A stretch of 64,000 nucleotides of DNA from an uncultured Bacilli bacterium (GCA_944332075.1 CALVJL010000001.1:3787-67786), one strand, 5' to 3'. Shown: positions 42,051 through 51,948, counted from the stretch's first letter. Program-made: numbers and translations. The notes: generated from the letters alone by a model not told the origin.

Positions 42051-43259
42051 TTAATGCTTCCTCCCAAATTTATTCAACCGATATCCGATTAATTTCACCA
42101 AGATATTTAATATAAGAACTGACATCAAAATTACAATTGCAATCGCGGAAGCTAGCTTGTAATTAGGATTTTCTAAACCCATCAAATTATATATATGCGT
42201 TGCTAAGGTTGTCCCTCCGCGATTAGGTAAAACATGATCTTGTACTTGCGTTCCCATAACGAAGATAATCGCGGCAGATTCTCCAATAATTCTGCCAATT
42301 GCTAAAAGCGTTGATGTAAGAATTCCCGGAATTGCATTTGGTAAAATAATTTTAAAAGTTGTTTGGGTTTGAGATGCTCCGAGTGCTAATGAACCGCTTA
42401 TGATTTTCTTAGGAATAACATCAATTGCTTCTTTTGTTGTCGATATGACAATCGGCAAAAGCATTATCGTCATTGTTAAGGCACCAGCCAAAATTGAATA
42501 CCCTTCTGAGACAACTAAAGCATTAAACATCGGAACAAATAATAATAGCCCAACCAAACCAAAAATAATTGATGGAACACCGCTCGACATATCAATTAAA
42601 GATTTTAATAGATGTGTTAGCCAATTATCTTTTGCATAAATAGAAAGATATATTGCAGCCGCAATACCAAGAGGTAAAACTAATATTAATGTAAATAAAA
42701 TTAAATATAGTGTAGCAATCAATGATCCGCGTATACCTCCGCCACCATCGACAAGATTTAGAGTCGTAATCGAGACTCCGCGGTTAAATCCAGCAGCCAT
42801 ACTTTCAGCACCTTTTCGTGCAGGGCAAGAAATAATATTTCCCTCTTCACCTACTAATAATGCCGTTGTCACATACTGATTTACTTGTAGATGGTGATAA
42901 TTATCATTACCGACGTCTAATAAACCATTTAGTAAAGGAGAGTGATCGTCAATATAGCTAATAATTACTGAATCCACACCTTCAGTATTAACGGTGTCCG
43001 TGAATGCTATCCCCCAATATGAAGAAAAATACTCATCATCTTTACACTTATATTCAAAATTGCCACCATCATATTTATCTTTGTAACTAAGAACATACGT
43101 GGTCTGATTGTAGTCAGAAGTTATTAAATTCCATGAAAGTGTCGAAGCGCCATTAGAGAAAACAAAAATAAAAATTAAGAGTAAAACAATAATACCAACT
43201 GAAGAGAAAAGATAAGTTAAAACATTCCAAAAAGAGTCAATGATTTTTCTTTTAATCAT
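42051..43259 (-). CDS. pstA: phosphate ABC transporter permease PstA with enlarged first extracytoplasmic loop
   Basis: 402 aa. TM1, then a ~150-aa hydrophilic loop, then a canonical PstA core with the EAA-like motif (…LAIGRIIGESAAIIF…). Confidence 0.85.
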   Translation of the reverse strand: MIKRKIIDSFWNVLTYLFSSVGIIVLLLIFIFVFSNGASTLSWNLITSDYNQTTYVLSYKDKYDGGNFEYKCKDDEYFSSYWGIAFTDTVNTEGVDSVIISYIDDHSPLLNGLLDVGNDNYHHLQVNQYVTTALLVGEEGNIISCPARKGAESMAAGFNRGVSITTLNLVDGGGGIRGSLIATLYLILFTLILVLPLGIAAAIYLSIYAKDNWLTHLLKSLIDMSSGVPSIIFGLVGLLLFVPMFNALVVSEGYSILAGALTMTIMLLPIVISTTKEAIDVIPKKIISGSLALGASQTQTTFKIILPNAIPGILTSTLLAIGRIIGESAAIIFVMGTQVQDHVLPNRGGTTLATHIYNLMGLENPNYKLASAIAIVILMSVLILNILVKLIGYRLNKFGRKH

Positions 43260-44206
43260 ACCTTAGCACCTACCCTTCTCTTGACAGCATTTAAAATAAT
43301 ATTAATCGCGACAATAAGAACAATAAGAACTACACCAACTGAGAAACGTATATCGTAATCTAGGCCTGTTGTATCTTGAAATCCTTTTAAAATAGTTGTA
43401 GTTAAAGTATTTGTCGTATCAAATAAAGAGAATGTTGGTCCGCTTCCTCTATTTCCTGATACTAATGAAATCGCAGTTGCTTCGCCTAAAGCTCTCCCAA
43501 CACCTAAAATTATTCCGGCGAAAATTCCGTTTTTAGCCGCTCCCAAAACAACCTTAAAGTTTGTTTGTGTTTTACTAGCGCCTAACGCTAAAGAGCCGTT
43601 AATAATATCTTTACCAACTGCATTAATAGCAGTAATTGAAAGCATGGTAATGGTTGGATAAATCATAAAAGCTAAAACCAAAACCACAGATAATGTCGAT
43701 AATCCACCTGCGGTTTGCACACCAAACCAAGAAGCAACGTATTTTACCCCTTGAGTGATATATCCCATGCCAACTAATCCAAAAATAATTGAAGGAATAG
43801 ATGAAAGTAGTTCAATAATTAGCTGTAAAACTTTCGAAATAGGTTTAGGAGCTATTCTAGTTATAAATAAAGCTGAAAATATTGCCATTGGCACAGCTAA
43901 AACCAAACAGAGTAAGACGCAATAGATTGTATTGACAATAATATATCCTATGCCATAGTGATTAGGATGCCTAAACCAAGTTGTCCCTATTAAAAATTCA
44001 CCTAAGTTAACTCGGTATTCATCCCCATCAATGGTATAAGTTTTAAAAAAGGGGGATAGCCCCTTTATTAGGATAAAAGCAATAATCACAATGATGACTG
44101 ATGCGCATAGGAATGTGATTATTTGAAATGTCCGATACCAGATCATATCACTAATCTTTTTTCCGTTTAGCCTTTTAGCTGACGTTTGAAGATTAGTTTG
44201 TTTCAT
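43256..44206 (-). CDS. pstC: phosphate ABC transporter permease PstC
   Basis: 316 aa. 6 TM helices. EAA-like motif (…LGVGRALGEATAISLV…). Confidence 0.9.
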   Translation of the reverse strand: MKQTNLQTSAKRLNGKKISDMIWYRTFQIITFLCASVIIVIIAFILIKGLSPFFKTYTIDGDEYRVNLGEFLIGTTWFRHPNHYGIGYIIVNTIYCVLLCLVLAVPMAIFSALFITRIAPKPISKVLQLIIELLSSIPSIIFGLVGMGYITQGVKYVASWFGVQTAGGLSTLSVVLVLAFMIYPTITMLSITAINAVGKDIINGSLALGASKTQTNFKVVLGAAKNGIFAGIILGVGRALGEATAISLVSGNRGSGPTFSLFDTTNTLTTTILKGFQDTTGLDYDIRFSVGVVLIVLIVAINIILNAVKRRVGAKV

Positions 44207-44211
44207 AATAA

Positions 44212-45189
44212 TTAATCAAGAACTTCTGACCAAGAAGTAATTACACCGGTATAAATGTCGTGCAAAGTTTTAGCAGTTGTTTCTGCATATGGATTTTTTG
44301 CATTTACAATTGCAACGATAGCATCGATAGCTAAGGTGCCAGTTGTATTTGCTGCAGCAGGTTCAGAATCAGCTTTGAAATCTCTTGAAGCAAAAGCGAT
44401 ATCCATTGCTGATGTTGAATCTTTTTCAGTTCCTTGAGTAAACTTGTATGCATCGCCAGAGCCTTGGAAATTTTCGCTGAAGCTAACTGTACCAGCACAT
44501 AATTTTTGGAATGCCTTAGCTAAAGCAATAGCAGTATTTTTAACAGATGTTGAACCTCCGTAAGAAATTGTAACGTTTACTGTACTATCGGAAACAACTG
44601 GATATTCGCTAGAAATTGATTCCCAAGTTGGGTCATCACTCTTATATTCAACGATTCCGCCTTCTTGTTCAATAATAGCTTTACCTTCTGTAGTGCCCAT
44701 AAAAGCGATATAGGCATCTACTAATTCCCCTCTAATTTCATCACGAGGTGTAGCTCTCTTAATGTAATTAAAATTTCTTGTTAATTCATAATCACCGCTT
44801 AAAACGTTTTCTTCATTAGGAACAACACCATCATATTTTAAGCCCTTGATTTGATCATTTTCAGAAAGTGTTGACAAAGAAATATAGCCAATACCATATT
44901 CATCGTTAGCAACTTTTGTCATCATATCGCCATTTGAAGATACTTCGACAACGCCATCAACTAATGGGGTATTATCGGTTTTTGCATCTTCTAAGCCAAT
45001 TCCGGTAAAAAAGCCATCTCTTGTTCCCGAAGTTCTATCACGAGTATAAGTTTTAATTGTTTTGCTTGTATCAAACTCGGATGCTGAAGAACCTGTGCTT
45101 GTTTCTGATGAAGCAGTTCCTCCGCAAGCAACCAAAGCACCGCCTAACGCAATCAATAGTCCTGCCTTGATTAAATTTGTTTTTTTCAT
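44212..45189 (-). CDS. pstS: phosphate-binding lipoprotein PstS
   Basis: 325 aa. Lipobox LVACGG plus Ser-rich linker. PBP fold with the TGSGT-like phosphate-binding motif (...TRDRTSGTRDGF...). RBS AAAGGAG. Confidence 0.85.
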   Translation of the reverse strand: MKKTNLIKAGLLIALGGALVACGGTASSETSTGSSASEFDTSKTIKTYTRDRTSGTRDGFFTGIGLEDAKTDNTPLVDGVVEVSSNGDMMTKVANDEYGIGYISLSTLSENDQIKGLKYDGVVPNEENVLSGDYELTRNFNYIKRATPRDEIRGELVDAYIAFMGTTEGKAIIEQEGGIVEYKSDDPTWESISSEYPVVSDSTVNVTISYGGSTSVKNTAIALAKAFQKLCAGTVSFSENFQGSGDAYKFTQGTEKDSTSAMDIAFASRDFKADSEPAAANTTGTLAIDAIVAIVNAKNPYAETTAKTLHDIYTGVITSWSEVLD

Positions 45190-45254
45190 AAATAATAATC
45201 TCCTTTATTTACACTCACTATCTTAAGAAGGTCATCACTATAGAAAAACCATAG

Positions 45255-45292
45255 AATTGTAAAAGATTGTAAAGTTTTTGTAAGTAAAGTTT
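45255..45292 (-). promoter_or_regulatory. putative Pho-box direct repeats in the pstS promoter
   Basis: In minus sense there are three TTACA/TTTACA hexamers spaced 10-11 bp apart (…ctTTACttACAaaaacTTTACAatctTTTACAatt…), about 75 nt upstream of the pstS ATG. This resembles Bacillus PhoP TT(A/T)ACA repeats. Confidence 0.4.
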
Positions 45293-45444
45293 GCTTTCTT
45301 TATTAAATAAAGATGTAAAAAGACCATATCTTGATTATATTTATTATTGAATTAACCAACATTAGTAAAAAAACAAAAGATTATTTATTGAAAAGGATTG
45401 TTTGCTATGGTAATATTCTTTAGGAATGAAAGAGGTGAAACCTG

Positions 45445-45705
45445 ATGGCAAATATTAAATCGCAAGTAAAAAGAATCAAAACCAATGAAAAAGCAAGAAT
45501 TGCAAATGCTAGTTTCAAATCAAGCATGAGAACTTCCATGAAGGCTGTTGAAGCTGCTTGCAAAGCTGGCGATAAAGAAAAAGCTACAGATTTATTAAAA
45601 GTTGCATACTCAAAAATTGATAAATCAGTTTCTAGAGGTATCCAACACAAGAACACTGCAGCAAGACAAAAAGCAAGACTTGCAAATCTCATCGCATCTT
45701 TATAA
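45445..45705 (+). CDS. rpsT: 30S ribosomal protein S20
   Basis: 86 aa. MANIKSQVKRIKTNEKARIANASFKSSMRT. RBS AGAGGTGA upstream. Confidence 0.95.
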   Translation: MANIKSQVKRIKTNEKARIANASFKSSMRTSMKAVEAACKAGDKEKATDLLKVAYSKIDKSVSRGIQHKNTAARQKARLANLIASL

Positions 45706-45735
45706 TAAAAAATACTACCGGATGGTAGTTTTTTT
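45706..45735. terminator. bidirectional terminator between rpsT and holA
   Basis: aaaaaatactaccggatggtagttttttt. Overlaps the holA stop. Confidence 0.7.
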
Positions 45736-46737
45736 ATGGCCTAATTTTATCTCTTCAAAATTTATAAGAAATAATTCTAAACCTAAGGCTGGATCAATCT
45801 TTCCGCTTTTAATGCTTAAATCTAAATCGTAAAGGGCATCCAAAACAAAAGTTATTTGTTTTCTTGAAAATCCTAAACTCGTTTTAATATTTCTTTTAAC
45901 GCGGTACGGATTAGCTTTTAATTCTGAAGCTATTTCATTGTATGACATATTTTGCGAATGCAAATAAGTAACTTGATTTAAAAATCTTATTTGAGATGCT
46001 ATTAAGGAAATGAGTCTAACTGGCTCCTCTTTCTGCACCATTAAATCTTTAAATATTCTTAAGGCGAGAGATGGCTGGTTTTCAATTAAGGCATTAAGAA
46101 GTAAAAAAGCATTATCTTCTAGTGGCAAAGAGACGAGTTTAATCACATCATCTCTAGTAATTTTTTTCGTATAAAGACATAATTTTTTACCCTCATTAAC
46201 AAAGCGTGAAACATCATTTCCGCAACGCGATACAAGCTCATCAAGAGCATCTTGGGTAATTGAACAATGATTTTTTTGGAATAGTTCATTTCCCATTCCT
46301 TTCAAAGAACTTTCATCTAACGTTTCAAGGTGAATAATTTTTCCCTTTTTCTTTATAGTTGAATATATTTGATTTTTTGTATCGAGATTTTCACCTTCAA
46401 ACGCGAAAATTAAATCGCTATTTTTAATCTCATTACCTAAAAATTTTAAAAATTTATCATAATCTTGATCTTTATCTATTGAACATTTTTCTTTTGGAGA
46501 AGCAAAAAAATAACAGTCGCGTAAAATAATTACTTTTCGCGTTCCCGAAAAAGGATATGAAATCGCCTCTAATATCACGTCTTGTAATAAAGTTTCTCTG
46601 CAAGAAATGGTTACAACATTGAATTCATCTTGCAAGTCAGAAGGCAATATCTCATTAGTTAAAGTTTTTATCTTCTTCTTTAAAATAAGGGTTTGTTCAC
46701 CATAAACTAAATACAGCATAAACTTATTATAACGCAA
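45715..46737 (-). CDS. holA: DNA polymerase III delta subunit
   Basis: 340 aa. N-terminal ...YLVYGEQTLILKKKIKTL typical of HolA. Located after comEC as in Bacillus (comE operon-holA, rpsT divergent). The ORF-track start is TTG at 46735-46737; an ATG alternative is at 46717-46719. Neither has a strong RBS. Confidence 0.8.
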   Translation of the reverse strand: MRYNKFMLYLVYGEQTLILKKKIKTLTNEILPSDLQDEFNVVTISCRETLLQDVILEAISYPFSGTRKVIILRDCYFFASPKEKCSIDKDQDYDKFLKFLGNEIKNSDLIFAFEGENLDTKNQIYSTIKKKGKIIHLETLDESSLKGMGNELFQKNHCSITQDALDELVSRCGNDVSRFVNEGKKLCLYTKKITRDDVIKLVSLPLEDNAFLLLNALIENQPSLALRIFKDLMVQKEEPVRLISLIASQIRFLNQVTYLHSQNMSYNEIASELKANPYRVKRNIKTSLGFSRKQITFVLDALYDLDLSIKSGKIDPALGLELFLINFEEIKLGHKKTTIR

Positions 46738-46755
46738 AAATTATTAAATAGCAGT

Positions 46756-48711
46756 CTAATAATATATTGTTCCTTCTTTATCTGTTCGACGAATCGTAAT
46801 ATTGTAATTATTTAGTCGATAAATCACTTCATCACTTGGATGTCCATAGAAATTATACCCTACAGAAATTACCGCTTCTTCAATTCTGTAACTTGATAAT
46901 AAAAGCTCACTTGTAGACGTATTAGATCCATGATGACCAACTTTCAATATATCCACATTTAAATCAGGATTATCTTTAACAATTTTTTCTTCAATACTTT
47001 TTTCAGCATCACCCATCATTAAAAAATAACGATTTTTAAAATAAAAATAAATTACCGATGATTCTGAATTTTCTTCACTTCCAATATCGTAGCGATTCAA
47101 ATTATAAAAAATCAAATTTCCAATATTTTCTTGATAAAAATTGCTTCCCGTAATGATTTTATCAATTTCGATATGGTTAGATAGAGACTCTAAAGCTCCA
47201 TTATGGTCATAATCGTTATGGCTAATAAAAACTAAATCTAATTTATCTATATGTTTTTTCTTGAAAAACGGCATTAAAACATCGTTAGCAATATCTTTAT
47301 ATATTGAACCACCAGTATCAATCAAAATATTTTTATCATGGTCATGAATTAAACAGCTATCACCTTGTCCAACGTTAATAAATGCAATATATGATGACAA
47401 ATAACTATCTAGAGGCGATGCACCTATAAAAACTGTAATATAGATAAAAAACAATGTAACTCCAGTTCCTTTAAAAAAACCAATTTCTAAAAAGTATAAC
47501 GATATGATTATTAATGTTATGATAATAATTATGATAATACTTTGAGAGATATACAAAGAAAAAGAGTAATCGCCGAGAAAAGTAATCATGCCAAAATAAA
47601 TATTACTTATAAAATTTATGATGATTGACAATGGTTTGAAAAAAATCATCAAAATTGATAATAAAAGAAGTATTTCGCTAATAAAGGTGCTTATAAGAGA
47701 TACAACAGGATTTAATAAATTATATTGTCCTTCATAAATCATAGTTAATGGCATAAATACAAAATTTAAAACTATAGGAACTAAATATTTTTTATTACGT
47801 TTTTTTATTAAATTTAATGAAGAAAAAACAAACGGCATCAAAAACGACATTATAAAAACATAGTAGAAAGTCGTTGTAAACATAATTCTTAAGTTAAAAA
47901 TCATGGTTGACGAAAGCAATAAAGCCAACACTTGATTACGAGAATATTTTTTATTTAATAAATTATTATTAATACAAAAAGCGAAAACTTTAATTGATGA
48001 AACTTTGAATTGTTGAAGATAAATGAATGGAAACAAAGCAATTATACTAATTAATTCGGCCTTTTTACACCGAAAGAATTTTAGTATTATTACAATTATT
48101 TTATTTAATAAGTAAAGATGTATTGAAGAGATAGAAAAAATAAAGCCTACATTAAATATTTGTAATAAATCTCGGCATTGCGAATCTATATTTATCGAAA
48201 AAAATAATGAGGAAATTAAATACTTGCCATAACTATTCAAATTTTGTGTTAGCCAACTCATTAAGGATTTTATTCTTATTGGATTACGAAATACATATTC
48301 AAAATCATTAAATATTATTTCTTGTTCAACCATATTATTATAAAGATATCTTTGAAAATTGAATTCGCCTTCTAATGTTTGAAAGGAAATATCTTTGAAT
48401 TCTCCATTAATTTTAATTAAGTCAAGAAAATCTATATCTTTACCTTCTATATCTATATAAAAGCGTTTCAGCCCTGACATTACGATAGCATAATTATTTT
48501 TACAACTAATAACTAAGGCATAACTCGATGGAGGTATGTTAAGCAAGATTATAACTATTAAAAAAATTGAAATAGCAATAACGAATATTATCCATAATTT
48601 GGTATTTTTCTTTTTAAAAAGATATACAGCAACAAAAAAGAGAGGAATTAAAAACAAAACATTTTTAATTCCTAATGCTAGAAAGAAGATAGTAAGTGCA
48701 AATAGAATCAT
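46756..48711 (-). CDS. comEC: DNA internalization competence protein ComEC/Rec2
   Basis: 651 aa. Polytopic N-terminal competence domain. C-terminal metallo-beta-lactamase domain (…DTGGS…HNDYDHNGA…). Confidence 0.85.
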   Translation of the reverse strand: MILFALTIFFLALGIKNVLFLIPLFFVAVYLFKKKNTKLWIIFVIAISIFLIVIILLNIPPSSYALVISCKNNYAIVMSGLKRFYIDIEGKDIDFLDLIKINGEFKDISFQTLEGEFNFQRYLYNNMVEQEIIFNDFEYVFRNPIRIKSLMSWLTQNLNSYGKYLISSLFFSINIDSQCRDLLQIFNVGFIFSISSIHLYLLNKIIVIILKFFRCKKAELISIIALFPFIYLQQFKVSSIKVFAFCINNNLLNKKYSRNQVLALLLSSTMIFNLRIMFTTTFYYVFIMSFLMPFVFSSLNLIKKRNKKYLVPIVLNFVFMPLTMIYEGQYNLLNPVVSLISTFISEILLLLSILMIFFKPLSIIINFISNIYFGMITFLGDYSFSLYISQSIIIIIIITLIIISLYFLEIGFFKGTGVTLFFIYITVFIGASPLDSYLSSYIAFINVGQGDSCLIHDHDKNILIDTGGSIYKDIANDVLMPFFKKKHIDKLDLVFISHNDYDHNGALESLSNHIEIDKIITGSNFYQENIGNLIFYNLNRYDIGSEENSESSVIYFYFKNRYFLMMGDAEKSIEEKIVKDNPDLNVDILKVGHHGSNTSTSELLLSSYRIEEAVISVGYNFYGHPSDEVIYRLNNYNITIRRTDKEGTIYY

Positions 48712-49244
48712 TTAAGGGTTACATAGTCGCGAATACGTTCATATGTTGCTTGACCAATGCCTTTTACATTCATCAAATCTTCAATGCACATATAAGGTCC
48801 ATTTTCTTCACGATACTCAACGATTCTAGTAGCTAGAGTATCTGAAACATAAGAGAGTGTCGCTAATTGATCGGCATTAGCTGAATTAATATTAACTTTT
48901 TCAACTTCAGCAGTAATTTCACAATTATTAGCATATGCGGTTTTACTTGGAATATAAAAATAATCGCGTCCTTCTAACGACAAAGACAGATTAATTGCGT
49001 CTTGATCAGCCGATTCAAGCAATCCCCCAGCAGCAACAATTAAATCATTAAGAATATCATCGTTAGCTAACTTATAAATACCTGGCATTACCACCTCTCC
49101 TTCAATGGTTATTGATAGTGAATTTTGATCATCAACAACTTCTTGAATGTTATCATTATTAGCTGGAATATTAGGATCAAGTTGCTGAAAAGCAAAAAGG
49201 CAAACAAACATTCCAATAATGACAATGGCTATAGCTTTTATCAT
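48708..49244 (-). CDS. comEA: competence protein ComEA (membrane-anchored DNA receptor, HhH)
   Basis: 178 aa. N-terminal TM helix, SLBB-like domain, C-terminal tandem helix-hairpin-helix (INSANADQLATL...NVKGIGQATYERI). Confidence 0.85.
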   Translation of the reverse strand: MIKAIAIVIIGMFVCLFAFQQLDPNIPANNDNIQEVVDDQNSLSITIEGEVVMPGIYKLANDDILNDLIVAAGGLLESADQDAINLSLSLEGRDYFYIPSKTAYANNCEITAEVEKVNINSANADQLATLSYVSDTLATRIVEYREENGPYMCIEDLMNVKGIGQATYERIRDYVTLK

Positions 49245-49303
49245 ATTTTTTCCTCCTTCACTAATGGATATAGGGGAAGGAGAACAATTTTAATTAATAT
49301 TTC

Positions 49304-49334
49304 ATAAAAAAACCGGGAATTACAAATCCCGGTT
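49304..49334 (-). terminator. Rho-independent terminator of the Ntn-hydrolase gene
   Basis: Minus sense: aaccggga-tttgtaat-tcccggtt followed by 7 U. Confidence 0.75.
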
Positions 49335-49350
49335 ATAGATATAAATTGAA

Positions 49351-50661
49351 TTATAATGAGAAATGGAATACAGCGTTTTCGTTATCAAATTGTTCGTTGC
49401 TGACCCAAGTAACTGTTTTATCAGTCAAATTATACAATGCTGACCAAACAGTGCATCCATTGCCATCTGTTTTTCCGTTAACAATGTCCCAATGTCTTCT
49501 TCCAACTTCTCTTAAAATAGATAATGCTTCTGCTTCATCTTTAACAACACCTTGAGTATTTGTGCCATCTGGATTAATCATTTCTTGAATTCGGTCATAA
49601 CGATCTTTTCCTTGTGCTAATAATCTATCTGTTTCTTCTGAATAATAGTCTGGTGTTACTAAGAAATTAGTAACGTATTGGAAATTATCATTAGCTTCTT
49701 TTTCACCGACTTCACTATCAGAATCATTATAATAAACTCTTAATTCTCTAGCAGAACCATCATTATCATTATTTGATTTTGGATTATCAGGAGTGACCCA
49801 TTCCAAAATAGCTGATTTACCGGTTGCATCGGCAATCATATAATGGAATGAAGTATTAGCTGAGTCGTGGAAGTCATATTGTTTTACCATTTCAATTGCT
49901 TCATCGACATTACTTGCGTAATCAAGAACCATTCTCATCATCGTTGTTGAAGTGATATCAGGCTTTTCTGTGTCTTGATTAGTTGATACGACATCGTAGC
50001 CAGCACCATTTTCTTTCTTATTGCCTTGATAAGACATATAAATTCCGCATGCGACACCTTTTTCATTCATGCCATCAATTGGAGCATAAGGTGCTGCAAC
50101 AGTCAATAATTTATCCATTAAGTCAGTGAGTTCAACTCCATCGCTGATTCCTAAGAATTGTAAATCAACGCTAGAAATAGAAGAGTAACGACCATTTCCT
50201 GGATTAGCACGTAAAATTAAGCCAGTGGTTTGAGCAAAATCATAATTTCTTCCAAAAAGATGGTCTCCATCTTCTGTAACACAAGTAAATGATGAGCAAC
50301 CAATATTACTTGTTGGTAAATTAATTTTAAATAATCCTTTTGTGATATTGCCAACTATAAAATCGATTAATTCGCTATCACTTGAAGCACCGCCTTCTTC
50401 TAAATATTTATCAAAATAGAATCCACCTTTAAAATTCATCTCATACACAGGACCAGCTTTAATATCATAATTAGGTTCAGAAATTTTCTTAAGTGACATA
50501 ATAGATGAAATTTCATTACCCCATAAAGCACCAACTGTGATACCTGCAGCAGCAACAATCGCTACAACTGAGCATCCAGCAATAATTAATCCCTTAGCCC
50601 AAGGTTTCATTTTCTTTTTTTCTTTAACTTCAGTTTGATTCATATTTTCGTTTTCTTTCAT
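49351..50661 (-). CDS. membrane-anchored linear amide C-N hydrolase (choloylglycine hydrolase / acid-ceramidase-like Ntn hydrolase) with N-terminal pro-domain
   Basis: 436 aa. Signal-anchor helix (aa 18-45), a ~75-aa region, then SNIGCSSFTCVTEDGDHLFGRNYDF with the nucleophile Cys typical of the CBAH/NAAA family. C-terminal extension beyond the usual ~320-aa core. Confidence 0.65.
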   Translation of the reverse strand: MKENENMNQTEVKEKKKMKPWAKGLIIAGCSVVAIVAAAGITVGALWGNEISSIMSLKKISEPNYDIKAGPVYEMNFKGGFYFDKYLEEGGASSDSELIDFIVGNITKGLFKINLPTSNIGCSSFTCVTEDGDHLFGRNYDFAQTTGLILRANPGNGRYSSISSVDLQFLGISDGVELTDLMDKLLTVAAPYAPIDGMNEKGVACGIYMSYQGNKKENGAGYDVVSTNQDTEKPDITSTTMMRMVLDYASNVDEAIEMVKQYDFHDSANTSFHYMIADATGKSAILEWVTPDNPKSNNDNDGSARELRVYYNDSDSEVGEKEANDNFQYVTNFLVTPDYYSEETDRLLAQGKDRYDRIQEMINPDGTNTQGVVKDEAEALSILREVGRRHWDIVNGKTDGNGCTVWSALYNLTDKTVTWVSNEQFDNENAVFHFSL

Positions 50662-50854
50662 AAAAATCCCCCTAAAACATTGCTAATTGTAGGTATATCA
50701 AATTCAAAAGGCAAGCAAAATAAAGTTTTAATCAAAATTTATGAGCATTTTTATGTTTTTTAACTATTATTTTATATACTAATGCACATAATTCAAAACA
50801 AGTAATATTTACAGAAAATATGTTTACAAACATTTTTTTCTTGTCAAGATGCAT

Positions 50855-50952
50855 TCATTAATTTATATTATATATGCGACTCATTCTTAAATCTGCAAAT
50901 CTCCGATGCTTATTTCAGAGTGAGTTAAGAAAAAAATTGGAGGAATTAAAAA
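50855..50952 (+). promoter_or_regulatory. rpsO promoter and structured 5' leader
   Basis: TTGTCA-17-TATATT near 50846-50875. The leader can fold ACTCATTC...GAGTGAGT around a ~30-nt loop just before the RBS GGAGG. Reminiscent of S15 autoregulatory leaders. Confidence 0.3.
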
Positions 50953-51221
50953 TGGCATTAAGCAAAGAAGTAAAAGCCGAACTCGTCAAACAATTTGGCG
51001 CAAACGAAACCGATACTGGTTCAACAAAGGTTCAAATCGCAATTCTTACAAAGAGAATCGCAGCATTAACTGAACACCTTAAAAATCATGGTCAAGATGC
51101 ACAAACCAGACGTGGATTATCAATTCTTATCGGTAAGAGAAGAGGTTTACTTGACTACTTATCAAGAACCGATTACGAAGGCTACAAAGCTTTAATTAAA
51201 GAACTCGGCATCAGAAAGTAA
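50953..51221 (+). CDS. rpsO: 30S ribosomal protein S15
   Basis: 89 aa from the ATG at 50953 (MALSKEVKAELVKQFG...). GGAGG RBS 9 nt upstream. The ORF-track N-terminal extension is rejected. Confidence 0.95.
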
Positions 51222-51229
51222 AAAATTAT

Positions 51230-51256
51230 AACTACTGAGAAATCAGTAGTTTTTTG
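51230..51256 (+). terminator. Rho-independent terminator of rpsO
   Basis: ctactga-gaaa-tcagtag followed by TTTTT. Confidence 0.8.
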
Positions 51257-51290
51257 TTAAATAAGCAAATTACCATGCTATAATTTTAAT

Positions 51291-51938
51291 ATGACAAGTG
51301 CGCGTTTAAGTAATCAAAAAGGTGATATTAAAACAAAGTATTGCGGATATTCTTTTTGGTATTTGATTTTTGGACCATTATACTTAATAGTTAAACTCCG
51401 TTTTATTTTAGCAATTTTTATTTTGATTATTTATTATTATTTTTTGCCGATACCCGGAATGGATTTTATCTCATCTCACATCGCGAATCTTTTTTCTGGT
51501 CAAGCCAAAGAAGCAGTAATTGATTTTTTGATGTTTTTCCGGCAAGACTATATCCGCTGGGGAGGAGTTGCAATAACAATTTTTCTTCAAACATATTTTG
51601 CTTTTTCAATTGAAGGATATTTAGTTAAAAAATTTATAAAAAAGAAAAAATATCTTCCTATCACTGAAAGAGATGCCAGAATATTGATTAAAGCGCATGC
51701 TGCCAACGAATCAATTCTTCTCTGTGATGAGGCTTTTTCGCAAAATATTCCAGCGCAAAACACAAGTCATAAAAAGATTCCTTATTTATTAGATGAGACC
51801 AAAAAAACACGAATGGAAATGATAAAGGAAAGTGAGCTAGCTTTAAGAATTCAAAATTTGGAACGCCTCTATCAACTAGGTCAATTAAATAAGGAAGAAT
51901 TTGAAATTCAAAGAGCAAAGTTATTAAATAAACGATAA
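51291..51938 (+). CDS. DUF2628-like membrane protein with C-terminal SHOCT domain
   Basis: 215 aa. Two or three TM helices with YCGYSFWYLIFGPLYLIVK (DUF2628-like). C-terminal LERLYQLGQLNKEEFEIQRAKLL matches the SHOCT (short C-terminal) oligomerisation motif. Confidence 0.5.
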   Translation: MTSARLSNQKGDIKTKYCGYSFWYLIFGPLYLIVKLRFILAIFILIIYYYFLPIPGMDFISSHIANLFSGQAKEAVIDFLMFFRQDYIRWGGVAITIFLQTYFAFSIEGYLVKKFIKKKKYLPITERDARILIKAHAANESILLCDEAFSQNIPAQNTSHKKIPYLLDETKKTRMEMIKESELALRIQNLERLYQLGQLNKEEFEIQRAKLLNKR

Positions 51939-51948
51939 GGAATTAAAA

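Noticed and set aside
45420-45692. 90-aa minus-strand ORF overlapping rpsT
   Set aside because: rpsT on the + strand has an RBS and unmistakable S20 sequence. The antisense ORF has neither.
50874-50952. N-terminal extension of rpsO in the ORF track (MRLILKSANLRC...)
   Set aside because: No RBS. The canonical S15 start MALSKEV at 50953 has a GGAGG RBS. The extension overlaps the leader structure.
50662-50952. Possible replication-origin-like strand switch (minus-strand genes to the left, plus-strand genes to the right)
   Set aside because: No dnaA gene or DnaA boxes (TTATCCACA) seen in the 290-bp gap. The strand bias is imperfect on both sides. A GC-skew calculation is needed before any claim.
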